Below, in pieces: positions 47,548 to 58,900 of a stretch of 64,000 bases of DNA. Under the pieces are notes generated by a model. It was not told the DNA's origin. It did no database searches and worked only from the letters and a program-made list of their open reading frames with translations. The number at the start of each line of letters is the position of its first letter. Positions within the stretch are counted from its first letter, which is position 1. Location of the stretch: contig MU008175.1 of assembly GCA_010909165.1 (NCBI GenBank), forward strand, positions 735,370-799,369. Direction: 5' to 3'. A program made the position numbers and the translations under genes. This DNA comes from Anthoceros angustus. Lineage: Eukaryota; Plantae; Anthocerotophyta.

Positions 47548-49230
47548 TCATTGCCCCTGCAACCGTGCGTTCCACGGAAAATTGAACATGGAATGACTTT
47601 GAGCCTGAGCTTGAGTTACTCTAGTATACTCCTGGAAAGGGCTGTTCACACTAGGAGAAATGAAGGCGGCTGCGCTATCGTCGATAGGAGTAGGAAGCGC
47701 GGTCCCAACACCAGGCCTGACTGGAAAAAACTGGGTTGTCTGCAAGGGAGGGGATGTGGGTGTGGCAGGAACGCGGATGGGTCTCTGAGCTCCGCTTGAG
47801 AGGTCAGACATGGTAGAAGACGAGACATGTGCAGGAGCGGAGGACTGGGACGGTGGAGACAGAAATCTACTAGCTTCAGAACCCGTCGATGAAGAGGAAG
47901 CCGGTTTCCCAGGTCCCTGCACAACATTAGCTACCGTGGAAGCTGCCAATGTCCGCAACAGCATATGGAGCCCCATCTTGTTCAAAGTCCAGGCAGTGTT
48001 GACGACATTCCCTACAGCCCCAAACCCTTCCTCCACCAAAGGCACAGCCTGCTCCCCATACCTGTGCTGCACCAGGTCCGTCCCCACGCTGGAGCTCGTC
48101 TCCAGCAGCGCTCTCCCTGCGCACTCCACGGCTTCCACCACCTTCCCGAACGCATCCACACCAGCAACAGCCACATCCCTCATGGCCGACTCCTGAAACG
48201 CCCGCCCGGGAGCCGTGGCATTGATCACGTTACCTACGGTGTTTGCCACATGCCCCGTAGCAGAGATAGCCCCCTTCATCAACGACTTGGAGAAGAGCTT
48301 GGCGACCGCAGACAGCCTCCGAGCCTGCTGCACCCGCTTCAACATGCGAGGGCTGATCTCCGCGCCCTGCCCCGCAAGCCTGGCCGTGCTGTGGCTCTTG
48401 ATCAGCGCCCCCCCCTTCTGTATCCCCATGGCCGCCCACTCCGCGCTCTTCACAATGCTGTTGGCCGCGCTCGCCGAGCCGCTGCTTATCTGCCTGGCCA
48501 GCTTCAGCGATGCCCTCTCAACCTCAGACGCTATCGCCGTCCAGAACTGTGCCAGATCCTGCTGCAGCCCGGATCTTCCTTGTGCATCGATTCCTGCAGC
48601 ATATCCATCAGCGTGCCCGCCTGCAGACTATTACACTCCACTCCACTCCACTCCACCCCACTCCACTCCAGCCCTGTCCTCCCCGCAACCTCGAGCTCAG
48701 CAATCTGAAAGACCTTAGGGCAGATGCACTGCATGCTTTCTAGGGCAATTGCATGCCAAACTGCGCCAACGAATCCTCTCCAAACAAAAATGCACGCACA
48801 CTGACTGACAGCAGCAAACCCAACACATTTGCATCAATCAAACACACGATCTGAGCAAACACGAGCAAGACTATTCCAACCAACCTGGCAGCTCCAGCTC
48901 CGGCTGCACCTCGAAGGTGGAGTAGAGGTCGAGAACGTGCTCGAGGAGGCGCACCACCCCGGCGGGCACGGCGTCCGGGAGCACCACGCCGTACACTAAT
49001 CCGGGCAGGGCGAAGGCGTAGCGGCCGTCGGCGATTCGGAGCACGGGCGCGTCCTTGCCTACAGGCCACTCCACGTCGCCCACCATGGCGACGACGGCGG
49101 CCAGAGGCGTGCGGTGCTGCTTCTGCAGCACCAGCACGAAGTCCCCGTTCTGCATGAGCACGCTCTCCTCGCCATCGAGGAGGAAGAGCTGGGTGGCGCG
49201 GATCCGAACGAGTTCCACCTCGCTGCCCAT
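47548..49230 (-). CDS. Senescence/dehydration-associated (spartin/ERD7-like) protein, with an intron at ~48600-48885
   Basis: Exon 1 contains QLFLLDGEESVLMQNGDF and VEWPVGKDAP. Exon 2 contains FWTAIASEVE..KLARQISSGS, RVQQARRLSAVAKLFS, DAFGKVVEAVECAGR and VQHRYGEQA, followed by a Pro/Ser-rich tail. Confidence 0.85.
48642..48670 (+). repeat. (CTCCA)n pentanucleotide microsatellite in an intron
   Basis: ACTCCACTCCACTCCACTCCACCCCACTCCACTCCA is directly visible. Confidence 0.85.
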
Positions 49231-51056
49231 GACATCTGCTCCCGAGCACCAGCAGTCGGGACGAATTCCGGCTCAGGACGACTCCCGAGCACCAACACTC
49301 AGACGACGAATTCCGAATTCCGGCTCAGGCCGACGCCGGAGCCCCAACACTCGAGGACGAATTCCAAATTCCGGTTCAGGACCAATCAAAGCTGCTGCAA
49401 CGGGCTCCCGCCTAGATCCGGATCCGGTGTGCGATTGTTGGACGCCGCTCTCTCCCCGTACACGGAGACGGAGATTGTAGGAGGTGCAAGAAGTGGGCGC
49501 GAGGCCATAGCGGCTGGCCGTTCCGGGCCGCGAACGTCTTTCAAGAGAGCCGGGGGTCAGCACGAGTCTGCTGGCGAGGGAGGGCGCCCGCGGTGCCGCA
49601 AGCACGAACCGCCACCTGTCCGTGCAGAGTGCGTGGGTGGCACCAGGTTGCCACGCCTATCACCAAGGGTGGCACCGGCAGAAATCCCAACTTGGCAGGC
49701 CACGGCCGATTTCAGGCCGGGCCAACCAGCGTCCAGAGCGGCCAAATCGCGGTTAACAACTCGCCATCCCCAACAACTGCCCATGTATCTTTGGCCTGCC
49801 CGAATAATACCGCCCCCTCCTCGACCTGGGCCACCGTCCACAAACAAATCCGCCTGTCCCCCAATGGCCTCCCATGTCGGGACTCCGAGTGCTCTGCACT
49901 CTGCGACACACAGGCTACAGTCCAACCAACTTTTGGCTCCCTTCCATTTACTACTCCATGTCAATATCTGCTCCACCTGAATGCTGGCCACCGTATCTCT
50001 ACCTAGTACTGCTAGCTACGCCGTTCGTGGTGAAGAACTGCATGCCCACCGTCCTCCAACCCCGCTGCTACACATTTCCAAATCTCTTCAAACGCAGCCC
50101 CACCTGCCCACCTGCTTTTTTGAACCCTCCTCTACTTTTTCTGTCTCCTGCTTCAACTTGTGTCTCTCCTTCCCTTTCCTTTCCATGAGGGCATTGTTCA
50201 GACAAGGGTTTCCTTCTGCTACGCTCTCTCTCACGCGTGCACAAGAACCACCACTCACTCCACCACCAATCTTAGTCCTTGGATGGGCATTAGCATCTGT
50301 GGTAGGCCTTTCCTTTGGATTCGATACAAGTCATCCCTGACTTGCACCAGTGTCACGAGGTGTAAATGTAGAGAGAGTGGACGAACCGGCTGTGTGTTGC
50401 GCGTGCACTGCAGTGACCGCTCACTGCACACTGCCAGGACAGGTGGCGGGCACGGAATGGATCTATAATAGGCTACTCAAGGTGTTACTTGGATCCACCG
50501 GATTCGGTGCTGTCCAACGTTTCGCTGGGTTCCGATGCAGCTTGGAAGTTGAAGTTTTGATCCCAAGTTTTGAAGTTTCCAAGGTGGGTGGTAGCCTCGG
50601 TGCAAGGCCTGTCGCGCTACTAATTGTTCCCGCCATTTGATGGATGTTGCAAGCTGACACACGCCTTGTCTCATTTAAATTCCACGATACGGGCAGCAGC
50701 AACATTTTTGGGTTCGCAGGAATCAAAGCGAGTAGGTATCAGAGCTGGAATGAGATTTGAAACCTTACGGTGTAGAACTGTAGGGGGCAACGACACGAAC
50801 CGTTTGCACAGGTTTGATGCAATCACACTGCTTGCAACGCGGAAGTACACGGAAAAGCTTGCAGGAGCAAGTAGAGGAACAGATTATTTGTGATGAATGG
50901 TGATGAGACGTAGACAAGTTTACAATTGGGCAAGTATCTCCATTTTATAGAGCAGTATTAACATCGGCCAAAATCAAAGAAATTCTGTACCAACATCAAA
51001 TAAAATTCTGAACTATATAAACAGAATAACATCAATATCACTAGTTTCGAGTCCCA

Positions 51057-52603
51057 CTAATTCTTTCCACCCTTCTTCTTCTCATCCTTTCCCTCCTCCT
51101 TCTTCTTCTCATCCTTTCCCTCCTCCTTCTTCTTCTCATCCTTTCCCTCCTCCTTCTTCTTCTCATCCTTTCCCTCCTCCTTCTTCTTCTCATCCTTTCC
51201 CTCCTCCTTCTTCTTCTCATCCTCCAGCAACTTCTTCCCCTTCTTCTCATCCTTTCCCTCCTTCTTTTCGTCCTTCTTATCCTCTTCATCCTTCTTCTTC
51301 TTGTCGTCCTCCAGCAGCTTCTTCCCCTTCTTCTTCTCTTCCTCCTTCTTCTTATCCTCTTCAACCTTCTTCTTCTTGTCCTTCTTCTCATCCTCGTGCT
51401 TCTTATCTTCCTCCTTTTCCTTGATAAATTTTTCCGTCAGCTTCTTTCCCTTCTTCTCCTCTTCCTCCTTCTCCTCCTCCTCTCCCTTATGGTATTCACC
51501 ACCCTTCTTCTTCTCTTCGTCCTCCTCCTCCTCCTCTCCCTTATGGTATCCATCACCCTTCTTCTTCTCTTCTTCATCCTCCTTCTTCTTCTCTTCGTCC
51601 TCGTCCTTATGGTATCCATCACCCTTCTTCTTCTCTTCTTCCTCCTCTTCCTTCTCCTTCTTCTTCTTCTCTTCCTCTTCCTTCTCCTTCTTCTCTTCCT
51701 CTTCCTTCTCCTTCTTCTCTTCCTCTTCCTTCTCCTTCTTCTCTTCCTCCTCCTTCTCCTTCTTCTCTTCCTCCTCCTTCTCCTTCTTCTTCTTCTCTTC
51801 CTCCTCCTTCTCCTTCTTCTTCTTCTCTTCCTCTTCCTTCTCCTTTTCCTTCTTCTTCTCTTCCTCTTCCTTCTCCTTTTCCTTCTGCTTCTTCTCTTCC
51901 TCCTCCTCCTCCTTTTTCTTTTCTTCCTCCTCCTCCTTTTTCTTCTCCTCTTCTTCCTCTTGCTTCTTTTCCTCCTCTGCCTGCTGCTGCTTCTTATTTT
52001 CCTCTTCCTCCTTTTCCTTCTTCTCCCTACCTTTCTCGTTTCCCTTATAGTGGTTTGGAGAGAAAATGTCTTCCTTCTCCAGCTTCATGGACGGGGAGCG
52101 GATATACTTGCCGTAGCCATGGAGGTTGCTCTCACCGTCGTCCCCCACCAAGTTGTCCCACAGATTCCCTGCGGCGTCCCACAGTTTCGACTTGTCATCG
52201 TCGTAGCGCTCAACCTGGCGTTCATAGCCAGAGAGCAACTTCCGCGGAGTGTTTGACAAAATCTGCACGCAAATCCGCAAACCAGAACTGCTCTCAGCAA
52301 GCATCCCAATTCCCTGCATCCTCAACTTGAGCATGCTACAACAATCGCAGGAAGTCCAGTGTCGATCCAAAGCATTTGCAACTTACCGGCATCCCTCCAG
52401 AACTCTCTGCACCGATCGCCAGGAGCTGCAACGAACGACATTGTCGACAACTCAGAACGTCAAACAGCCATCGAGTCTACACGAATGCTCGCCGTAACGA
52501 TAACATTGCAGACCAGCATTACCCATCACACAACCTAACTTTCTAAAACACTCACACCGACCAACAAGGCCAAGCCTGCCATAGTCCTCCCCGAGAACGC
52601 CAT
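51057..52603 (-). CDS. Putative secreted Glu/Lys-rich low-complexity protein (3 exons)
   Basis: Predicted splicing is MAFSGRTMAGLALLVG|GTGAGT...TTGCAG|LLAIGAESSGGMP|GTAAGT...TGCAG|ILSNTPRKLLSG, all phase 0, which builds a signal peptide. A long E/K repeat region follows, with the stop at 51057-51059. Confidence 0.75.
51065..52025 (-). repeat. Coding low-complexity tandem repeats (EEEEKKEK, GDGYHK, KKEEGKDE units)
   Basis: The plus strand is a nearly pure CT-rich tract with 24-30 bp periodic units. Confidence 0.95.
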
Positions 52604-52733
52604 GGTCGATGCACCAATCACGTCCGAGTCGATATCTCCGATGTGACCGATCAACCTCGCCACACAGAAGACAAGAACAATGCACACAGCTCTGACAAGA
52701 TTTGCCTGAGGAATTGAGCCCAGAATCGGCCCT

Positions 52734-52740
52734 TATATAA
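52734..52740 (-). promoter_or_regulatory. Candidate TATA box for the E/K-rich gene
   Basis: TATATAA on the minus strand about 130 bp upstream of the ATG at 52603. Confidence 0.55.
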
Positions 52741-53420
52741 GTGGACTCCGCCCACAGTGACGTGCACATCATGTCAACGACGATCACAAGAATTCCACCA
52801 CTTGTCCCGAATCTCCAGTTCTGCTGCAGCAAAACCGCCGCGGCGGCGTCACAAACTCGCATCCTGGACTATCAGCTACCACATCACTGCCCACAAAGTC
52901 AGACACCGTCACACAGAAGTGCTGAACACCGTCACACAGAACTGCTGAGCAGTACAAGTGCCAGCCTAGCCAACTCTGACTTAGCTGCAAGGCCTCTGAT
53001 CTCCAGAGCGATTGCCAGAATCCAGTCCAGATGCACGGAACAACTCACTCCAGTGCTCTCCAGTAGCGCTGAATCAGGACTGTGGTCGATCTTCATTATC
53101 TCAATCTGCGAACTCAGAGTTTCACACCAACCATGAAATTCGAAGACTCCGATCCCAAGTTCTTCCTCTACTAACATATTCACAAGAGTCCCAAATTCTG
53201 GGTGCTTTGCACGAATAGATCTGCACGAGCAGCATTGCACTCCCCGATCTCCCGGCCCAAAGCATACGTGTACGGCAAAACCCGTGACTCATCGTCATCG
53301 TCATCGTTGTATACGGCACTGCAAGGTGTTGTACCGGCGTCCGGCTCTGTCCTTCGATTCTTCACGACTCTTCACGACCGAGCTTGAGGAATCCCAGGGA
53401 TAAATGTGTGCACACACAGA

Positions 53421-55541
53421 TTATTCTTGTGGGGGCAGCGGGTATGTGTGCAGCTTATCGACCCAGGCGGGGTCGTCCCGGTACCGGGCGCGGTACTGGT
53501 CCGCGGCAGCGTACGGATCCACGTCGGGGTGGAGCCAGCGGAAGAGGCTCTCCAGGGCGGTGCGGTGCGGGTTGAATTCTGGGTGGGTGACGGCGGTGGC
53601 CATCTCCTCCACGGACGCGGCCTCGGCGATGGCAGCGACCTGGGCGGCGTCCTTGTCCGGGTGCCGGGTGGAGGAGAGGAGTTCTGGGGTCATGCCGTGC
53701 TGGGACAGGAGCTCCACCAGCTGCGCGTCGGCCAGGATGTGGTCCACGTCCGAGCTCCACTTCTCCCACCGCGCGGGGTAGACGTCGCGTCCGCACTCGT
53801 GCGATTGCGCCACGTCCAGCTGCACTCGCCGCCTTGCCTGATCGCGCGCGGTGGAGCCCCACACGCGGAACATGGGCTCCGCGATGGTCTCGTATCGCCG
53901 ACGCTGCTCTTCCGCGACCTCTGGGCTGCGCGGCCCGCCGGAAGCTGCGACCTCGCCTTTGAGCTCCGCGTTGCGCAGCCGGGCGCGGGCCAGCTCCCGC
54001 TCCAGGGACGTCAGGCGCGTTCTCTTCGCCGCCAGATCCGCGCTGCTGTGCGCCAGGGCCTCGGAGAAGGGGGTGGTTGGGGGGCCGCGACCGTTGGTCG
54101 GCGACCGGCGGTTGGTGAGCCGGGCGACCTCCTCCTCCGCCCGGCGGAGCAGGCGGAGGAGCACGCTGGAAAAGGCGTTGGGCGCAGAATCCAGCTGCTT
54201 CCACCGCGCCGCGTGGGGGTACATGCGCATGGCGCGGTGCTCCCAGAGCTCGCGCATGGCGCTGTTCAGGGTCTGCAGGACCCCGAGCTGGCACCGGGTC
54301 TTGTGAAGCTGCTCCTGAACCTGGGAGAGGAGGGTTGGGATGAGGGTTTGGCGCTCGTCCCGGGCGGGGTAGCCCGGGAAGCTTCTGTTCTGGAGCTTGG
54401 GGTGGATGACGATGGTGGCGTTGCCGTGGCGAGTCCAGTCCCGGGCCAGAGCCGTCTTGGTGACGCCCGGGGAGAAGAAGTAGCTGTAGTGATCCGGGCC
54501 GAAGGGCGGGAGCGCCATCTCCTGCAGGAAGGCGTCGATTTTAGGTCGAACATCCGGGTGGTTGGGGATGTCGGAGGCGCGGAAGGTTTGGTGCGGGCTG
54601 GGGATGATGACGCTCTCCGTGTGCTCGGAGTACATGGCGCCGCAGCGGAGCTTGGATTTCGGGGGCCCGCGCTTCTGCGGCGTGCAGGAGACGGGCACGG
54701 CGGGGCCTTGGTCCCGGATGGGGTCGCACGGGGCCTGGTACTGCGGCTCTCGGTAGGTCAGGGCTGCGGCCGCTTGCTTCAGCCTGGCCGCCCGTTCCAG
54801 GGGGTTTACGTCGTCTAGTTCGATGAGGACCCGGGCGTGCGCCCGTTCTGCATTCATGGCTTCCTGCACGGCTGCCGGGAATTGATCCATCCTTCCCCAT
54901 TTGGAGAGCGAGCCCGTCTTCGGGATGGCAGGAGCGGGAGAAGGCTTTGCCTCCCCTCCGGGCTTTGGCCGGTGGATGCTTCTGCTTGTAAACGCTCTCA
55001 CAGGCAGGCTGTGTGCATCGAAGAGATGCTGCCCCATGTGGAGAAGGTGAGCCCTTGGCCATGGCCCTGCGGCTGCTGCCTCTTGTGGTGGAGACAGCGG
55101 GGATCCTTGGTCTGGCACACTATGCCGAGGCGAGGTCGGGCAGAGGGTTAGATGCGGGCTGAAGGATGGGCCCAAGAACAGGGGTCTAGGGAGGGGAGCT
55201 GGAGTCTTGATAATGTAGCTGAATTCCGGCGGGAAGTAGTGGTCTATGCTGGGCATGCCCGGCAGTCTTTGAGCGTCGTCCCAAATGCATTGCGGCTCTG
55301 GTTCTGTGGGATTGTACATTCTGTAGTCTGCTTGTATGCGCTGCAGGTCTAGGAAGAATTGGGGCAGTCTGATGGCATGTTCTAGATTCCAGGCTTCCCT
55401 TACTTCATCATTCTCGGCATGTGCACATGGCCCCTGCCCTTCTACGTTCCTGGCGGAGAAGCAATCTCTGCTTTCTGTTCCTGCCGTCGCCTTTTGATTT
55501 CCTGCCGATTTTGCTCGTGCTTTTAAGTGTCTCAGAGGCAT
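53421..55541 (-). CDS. Hypothetical protein (706 aa from the first ATG) with a coiled-coil segment and no recognised domain
   Basis: An uninterrupted 2.1-kb GC-rich ORF (the track starts at GTG 55595, first ATG at 55541). It has a Pro-rich N-terminal region and a heptad-like LAAKRTRLTSLERELARARLRNAELKGEV segment. Confidence 0.6.
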   Translation of the reverse strand: MPLRHLKARAKSAGNQKATAGTESRDCFSARNVEGQGPCAHAENDEVREAWNLEHAIRLPQFFLDLQRIQADYRMYNPTEPEPQCIWDDAQRLPGMPSIDHYFPPEFSYIIKTPAPLPRPLFLGPSFSPHLTLCPTSPRHSVPDQGSPLSPPQEAAAAGPWPRAHLLHMGQHLFDAHSLPVRAFTSRSIHRPKPGGEAKPSPAPAIPKTGSLSKWGRMDQFPAAVQEAMNAERAHARVLIELDDVNPLERAARLKQAAAALTYREPQYQAPCDPIRDQGPAVPVSCTPQKRGPPKSKLRCGAMYSEHTESVIIPSPHQTFRASDIPNHPDVRPKIDAFLQEMALPPFGPDHYSYFFSPGVTKTALARDWTRHGNATIVIHPKLQNRSFPGYPARDERQTLIPTLLSQVQEQLHKTRCQLGVLQTLNSAMRELWEHRAMRMYPHAARWKQLDSAPNAFSSVLLRLLRRAEEEVARLTNRRSPTNGRGPPTTPFSEALAHSSADLAAKRTRLTSLERELARARLRNAELKGEVAASGGPRSPEVAEEQRRRYETIAEPMFRVWGSTARDQARRRVQLDVAQSHECGRDVYPARWEKWSSDVDHILADAQLVELLSQHGMTPELLSSTRHPDKDAAQVAAIAEAASVEEMATAVTHPEFNPHRTALESLFRWLHPDVDPYAAADQYRARYRDDPAWVDKLHTYPLPPQE

Positions 55542-55926
55542 TTTGCATGGCACACAGAACCGAGCTCGGATTATCCAGAAATAATCTCGTCCCACCTCGT
55601 AGTAACTTCGTCCCAGCGCTTTGGAACCTCGTCCAAGCTTACGTGCAGAAGGTTTGCAGGCAGTATGGTCCTTGGCCTACCATAATGGCCAAGAGGCATG
55701 TCTGTTCGCTTGCAACTCATCTTTCATCACTTTAAGGGTATCGCCGCCATGCATTTAATTTATTAATCATCAACACTTGAAAGTGATCTTCAGCCGTCAA
55801 TTGTACTAGGTTAACAGCGCGGAATGTTCCCCTGTCGCACTTCTGAGACGGGAAAAAATAATTTAGTTCAAGATCTGTTTGCAGTACCTGCTCGCACAGC
55901 CACTAGACGTGCGTCCTCTAAATATT

Positions 55927-58900
55927 TCACGGTCCCCCGCGCCATAAAACCTTCCTGCAATTCGACGCCCCACAGCGACACCTGATGGTATTTGGATGGC
56001 GGAGAACACGTCGGACATCATCCATCTTTTGAGGCACATCCTTTGTGCTGTAGTTGTAGTCATAGCAGAGTTCTGTCCCAGCCCTTATGTCACGATTTGC
56101 ATACATTCCAATCCGACAAAACTTCTTCTCGATACTCTCTGTGTATACCCTGCACGTCATAAGGTTCCCATCGCAGCTGCAATACAGGCAGGGGCCAAAG
56201 AAATTGCTGTTAGCACACAAGTAACAGCATTCCGGAATCTGAGTTGTCTTCAGAAGAGACACAGCCCCAGACGCAGTTCCACCTGTGATTGACGAAACGG
56301 GCGACATTTGACATAGCGTGGCCATCCAGGACAAGAATCTCATCCTGAGGAACATCAGGATGATCCAGATTGAAAAGGCAACTGCTTTCACATCAGCATG
56401 CCACAGGGTCAGATGACCAAAGAACAAACCAAATGCAATTGTAACACACACCCTTGGATCTGAATGCCATCACCTGTGATTATTGGCATCATAAGTTCGA
56501 CCTCTTTCCTCAGCCTCATCATGGGTCAAAAGCTCACCAACGTACTCCACCACAAAGGTTCCTCTGTTGCAACAAGACAGCTGTTACTCGCATGGCTTTG
56601 CAGAAATACTATCCACCACTGTCTCTGCAAATACATTACCTTGCAAGGTCATCAATGGTCCGCACACCCCATCCACGATTCGTTGTTTTGAACAACTCTA
56701 ATCGCACCTTAAGCCCATTTTGAAGCACGCGGTTCTTGCACATTGAAGGGCCGCACTTGCACCGGACATTGCACTCTATAACATCTGTCGTCTCCCATCC
56801 CAACTAGAACAGCAGGAACCTCATGAGATGAAAGTCAGCGACAAAAATTACAACAGTAGCAAAAAGAGGAGATCTTGCATACCTGTAGACGACCGAAGTC
56901 ATCGTACGACAAACGTCCATACATTGGCTGGTGCTGCCAGTCAAACCTCTCGTCATCACACCTGTCACTACTGAGTAAGGGCACATGGACAGATATAGGT
57001 GCGGACGGATCATCAATGGCATATCTTGAACACCCATTGCAACCGTCGGCTTCTGTTGCCAGTCCTGGACACATTCCCTGTCTCATAACACCGCCCGTTT
57101 TGAGGTATCTGGAAAACCAAACACCAAAGATCTTCCTGGTCAACCCTTGTCTTGGTAGTTCTCTCCCGTTTGCAAATCAGAGCTAGGTATTACAGCTCCC
57201 AATCTCACCTGCATTTTGTTATGTACTTGATCCTCGGTAGTGGTTCATTGTCCACATCATTGGTGCAGGGAATCGGCACACCCTCTTGCCCATCACTAAG
57301 GTCTATACAGATTAACTTCTTTCCTATATAGTTTCCTGCAACATGGCCACATCCAACAAAACTCGTCAGAATGGGCAACAGCTTTCCACACTCCAACCAA
57401 ACTATGGCCATCGTGACTTAAGGTGAACCCCATCATCATAGCAACAAACCCAAACCCCAAGCAACCTTCCATCACATATGCCAGTTGAACAGGGAGCAAA
57501 AGCCTTACCTGCATACGTAAGAATTCTCAACTCCGTTGCCAGTTTGACAGGAGCTTCACAAACAGTGTCTATGTGCTGATGGTCCTTACATGCAACAGCC
57601 ACACTACACCCTTCCCACATGCGCAGCTGTAGCCTGCTTGCGAGCAGGTCTGCACAGGGATAGTGAAAGCTTTTCCTGCATCGCCCGACACGACATCCAA
57701 GAGTAGCACCAAACTTCTGACAGTGTGCACACTTCTGCTTTACCAAAACAACACTTGAATCAGTTGAGGAAAAGCCTAACATGTCCCACTGGTGATCGAG
57801 GTTGGCTGCAAGTAAAGATTCTGTGATGACATTGCTGCCTGTGTTAAGTTTGGTGCATAAGGAGCATACCAGCAACAGGCCACGCTTTACAGCCACAGAA
57901 AGGTCTTGCATATAGTGGTCCTGCTCCACAACCTGCCAATAACACTAGAAGGGTAAAACGGTCAGAATCCACACCCCATGTGCCACTCTCTTGAATATCA
58001 TATGCATCAACGGAAACTTCATAAACAGGTATGCACCTCAGCTGACCATATAGCACACATCCGGTGAACATAGCCACCCACTACTCGAGGAAGTGGCTTA
58101 CTGGATTTTTGAGGCAGCTTCAACCGACTGAAACAATGACACAGATTGCATTAGCTTGCAGGTCAAGACATGGACACTCTAACCAAACACTCCACTTGAT
58201 GACATAAGCCAACCAACTACTCGGCAGAAATAAAAATAGCGAGCTCTCTGCTGAGTAAGACTTGAGTGTGTGCCTGTCATTGTCACATGTATTTATTCGC
58301 TGCCTATATATCAACCAGAAGAGCAAGGAATAAAGGACACAGTGAGCTCACCTTTCAGGAAGACAGAAGCAGCGTGATTTTGTCATGCCACAGCACCATG
58401 CATACCACTCTCCATATGCCAATGATGGACCATTCCCACACAAGTCACATGTAACCCATGTGGACCACTTTCCTTCCTCAATGCAGGAACTTGATGCCAG
58501 GTAGCATTTATTACTCTGCTGAAGTGATCGTGGTGGGCGCACACCAAAATCTTTGCCTGTGTAGAAGTGGACAAACCCTGAACGTTAAAATTTAAAACTG
58601 TAGTTCACCTCAGCTTAGAAGGAGATACAAACTGATTGGCAATACTCATTTACCCTGGCTAGCTTGTCAACAGAATGACCTCAAAGATACGATGAGAACG
58701 TAATTGAGGTAGGGACATCGTACCTGTGGATACTTTCAAACCCGGACTCTGCTGGGTTCTCTCATGGTGCACAGTTTGTTGGTGATGTTCATGAACAGTA
58801 TGTGTTGGATACCACGGCTTACCACGGCTTTTCTGATCATAACTGTCAGTCCCAGATTGGCATTCATATTTCAGCTGGCCTTGGTCCTCGTCTGCATCAG

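Noticed and set aside
51301-52256. Poly-Ser/Phe and poly-Leu/Phe ORFs on the plus strand
   Set aside because: They are antisense reads of the E/K repeat, not membrane proteins.
53406-54818. 470-aa plus-strand ORF
   Set aside because: It is an antisense shadow of the 706-aa minus-strand ORF, which has the more protein-like composition. I cannot fully exclude it without expression data.
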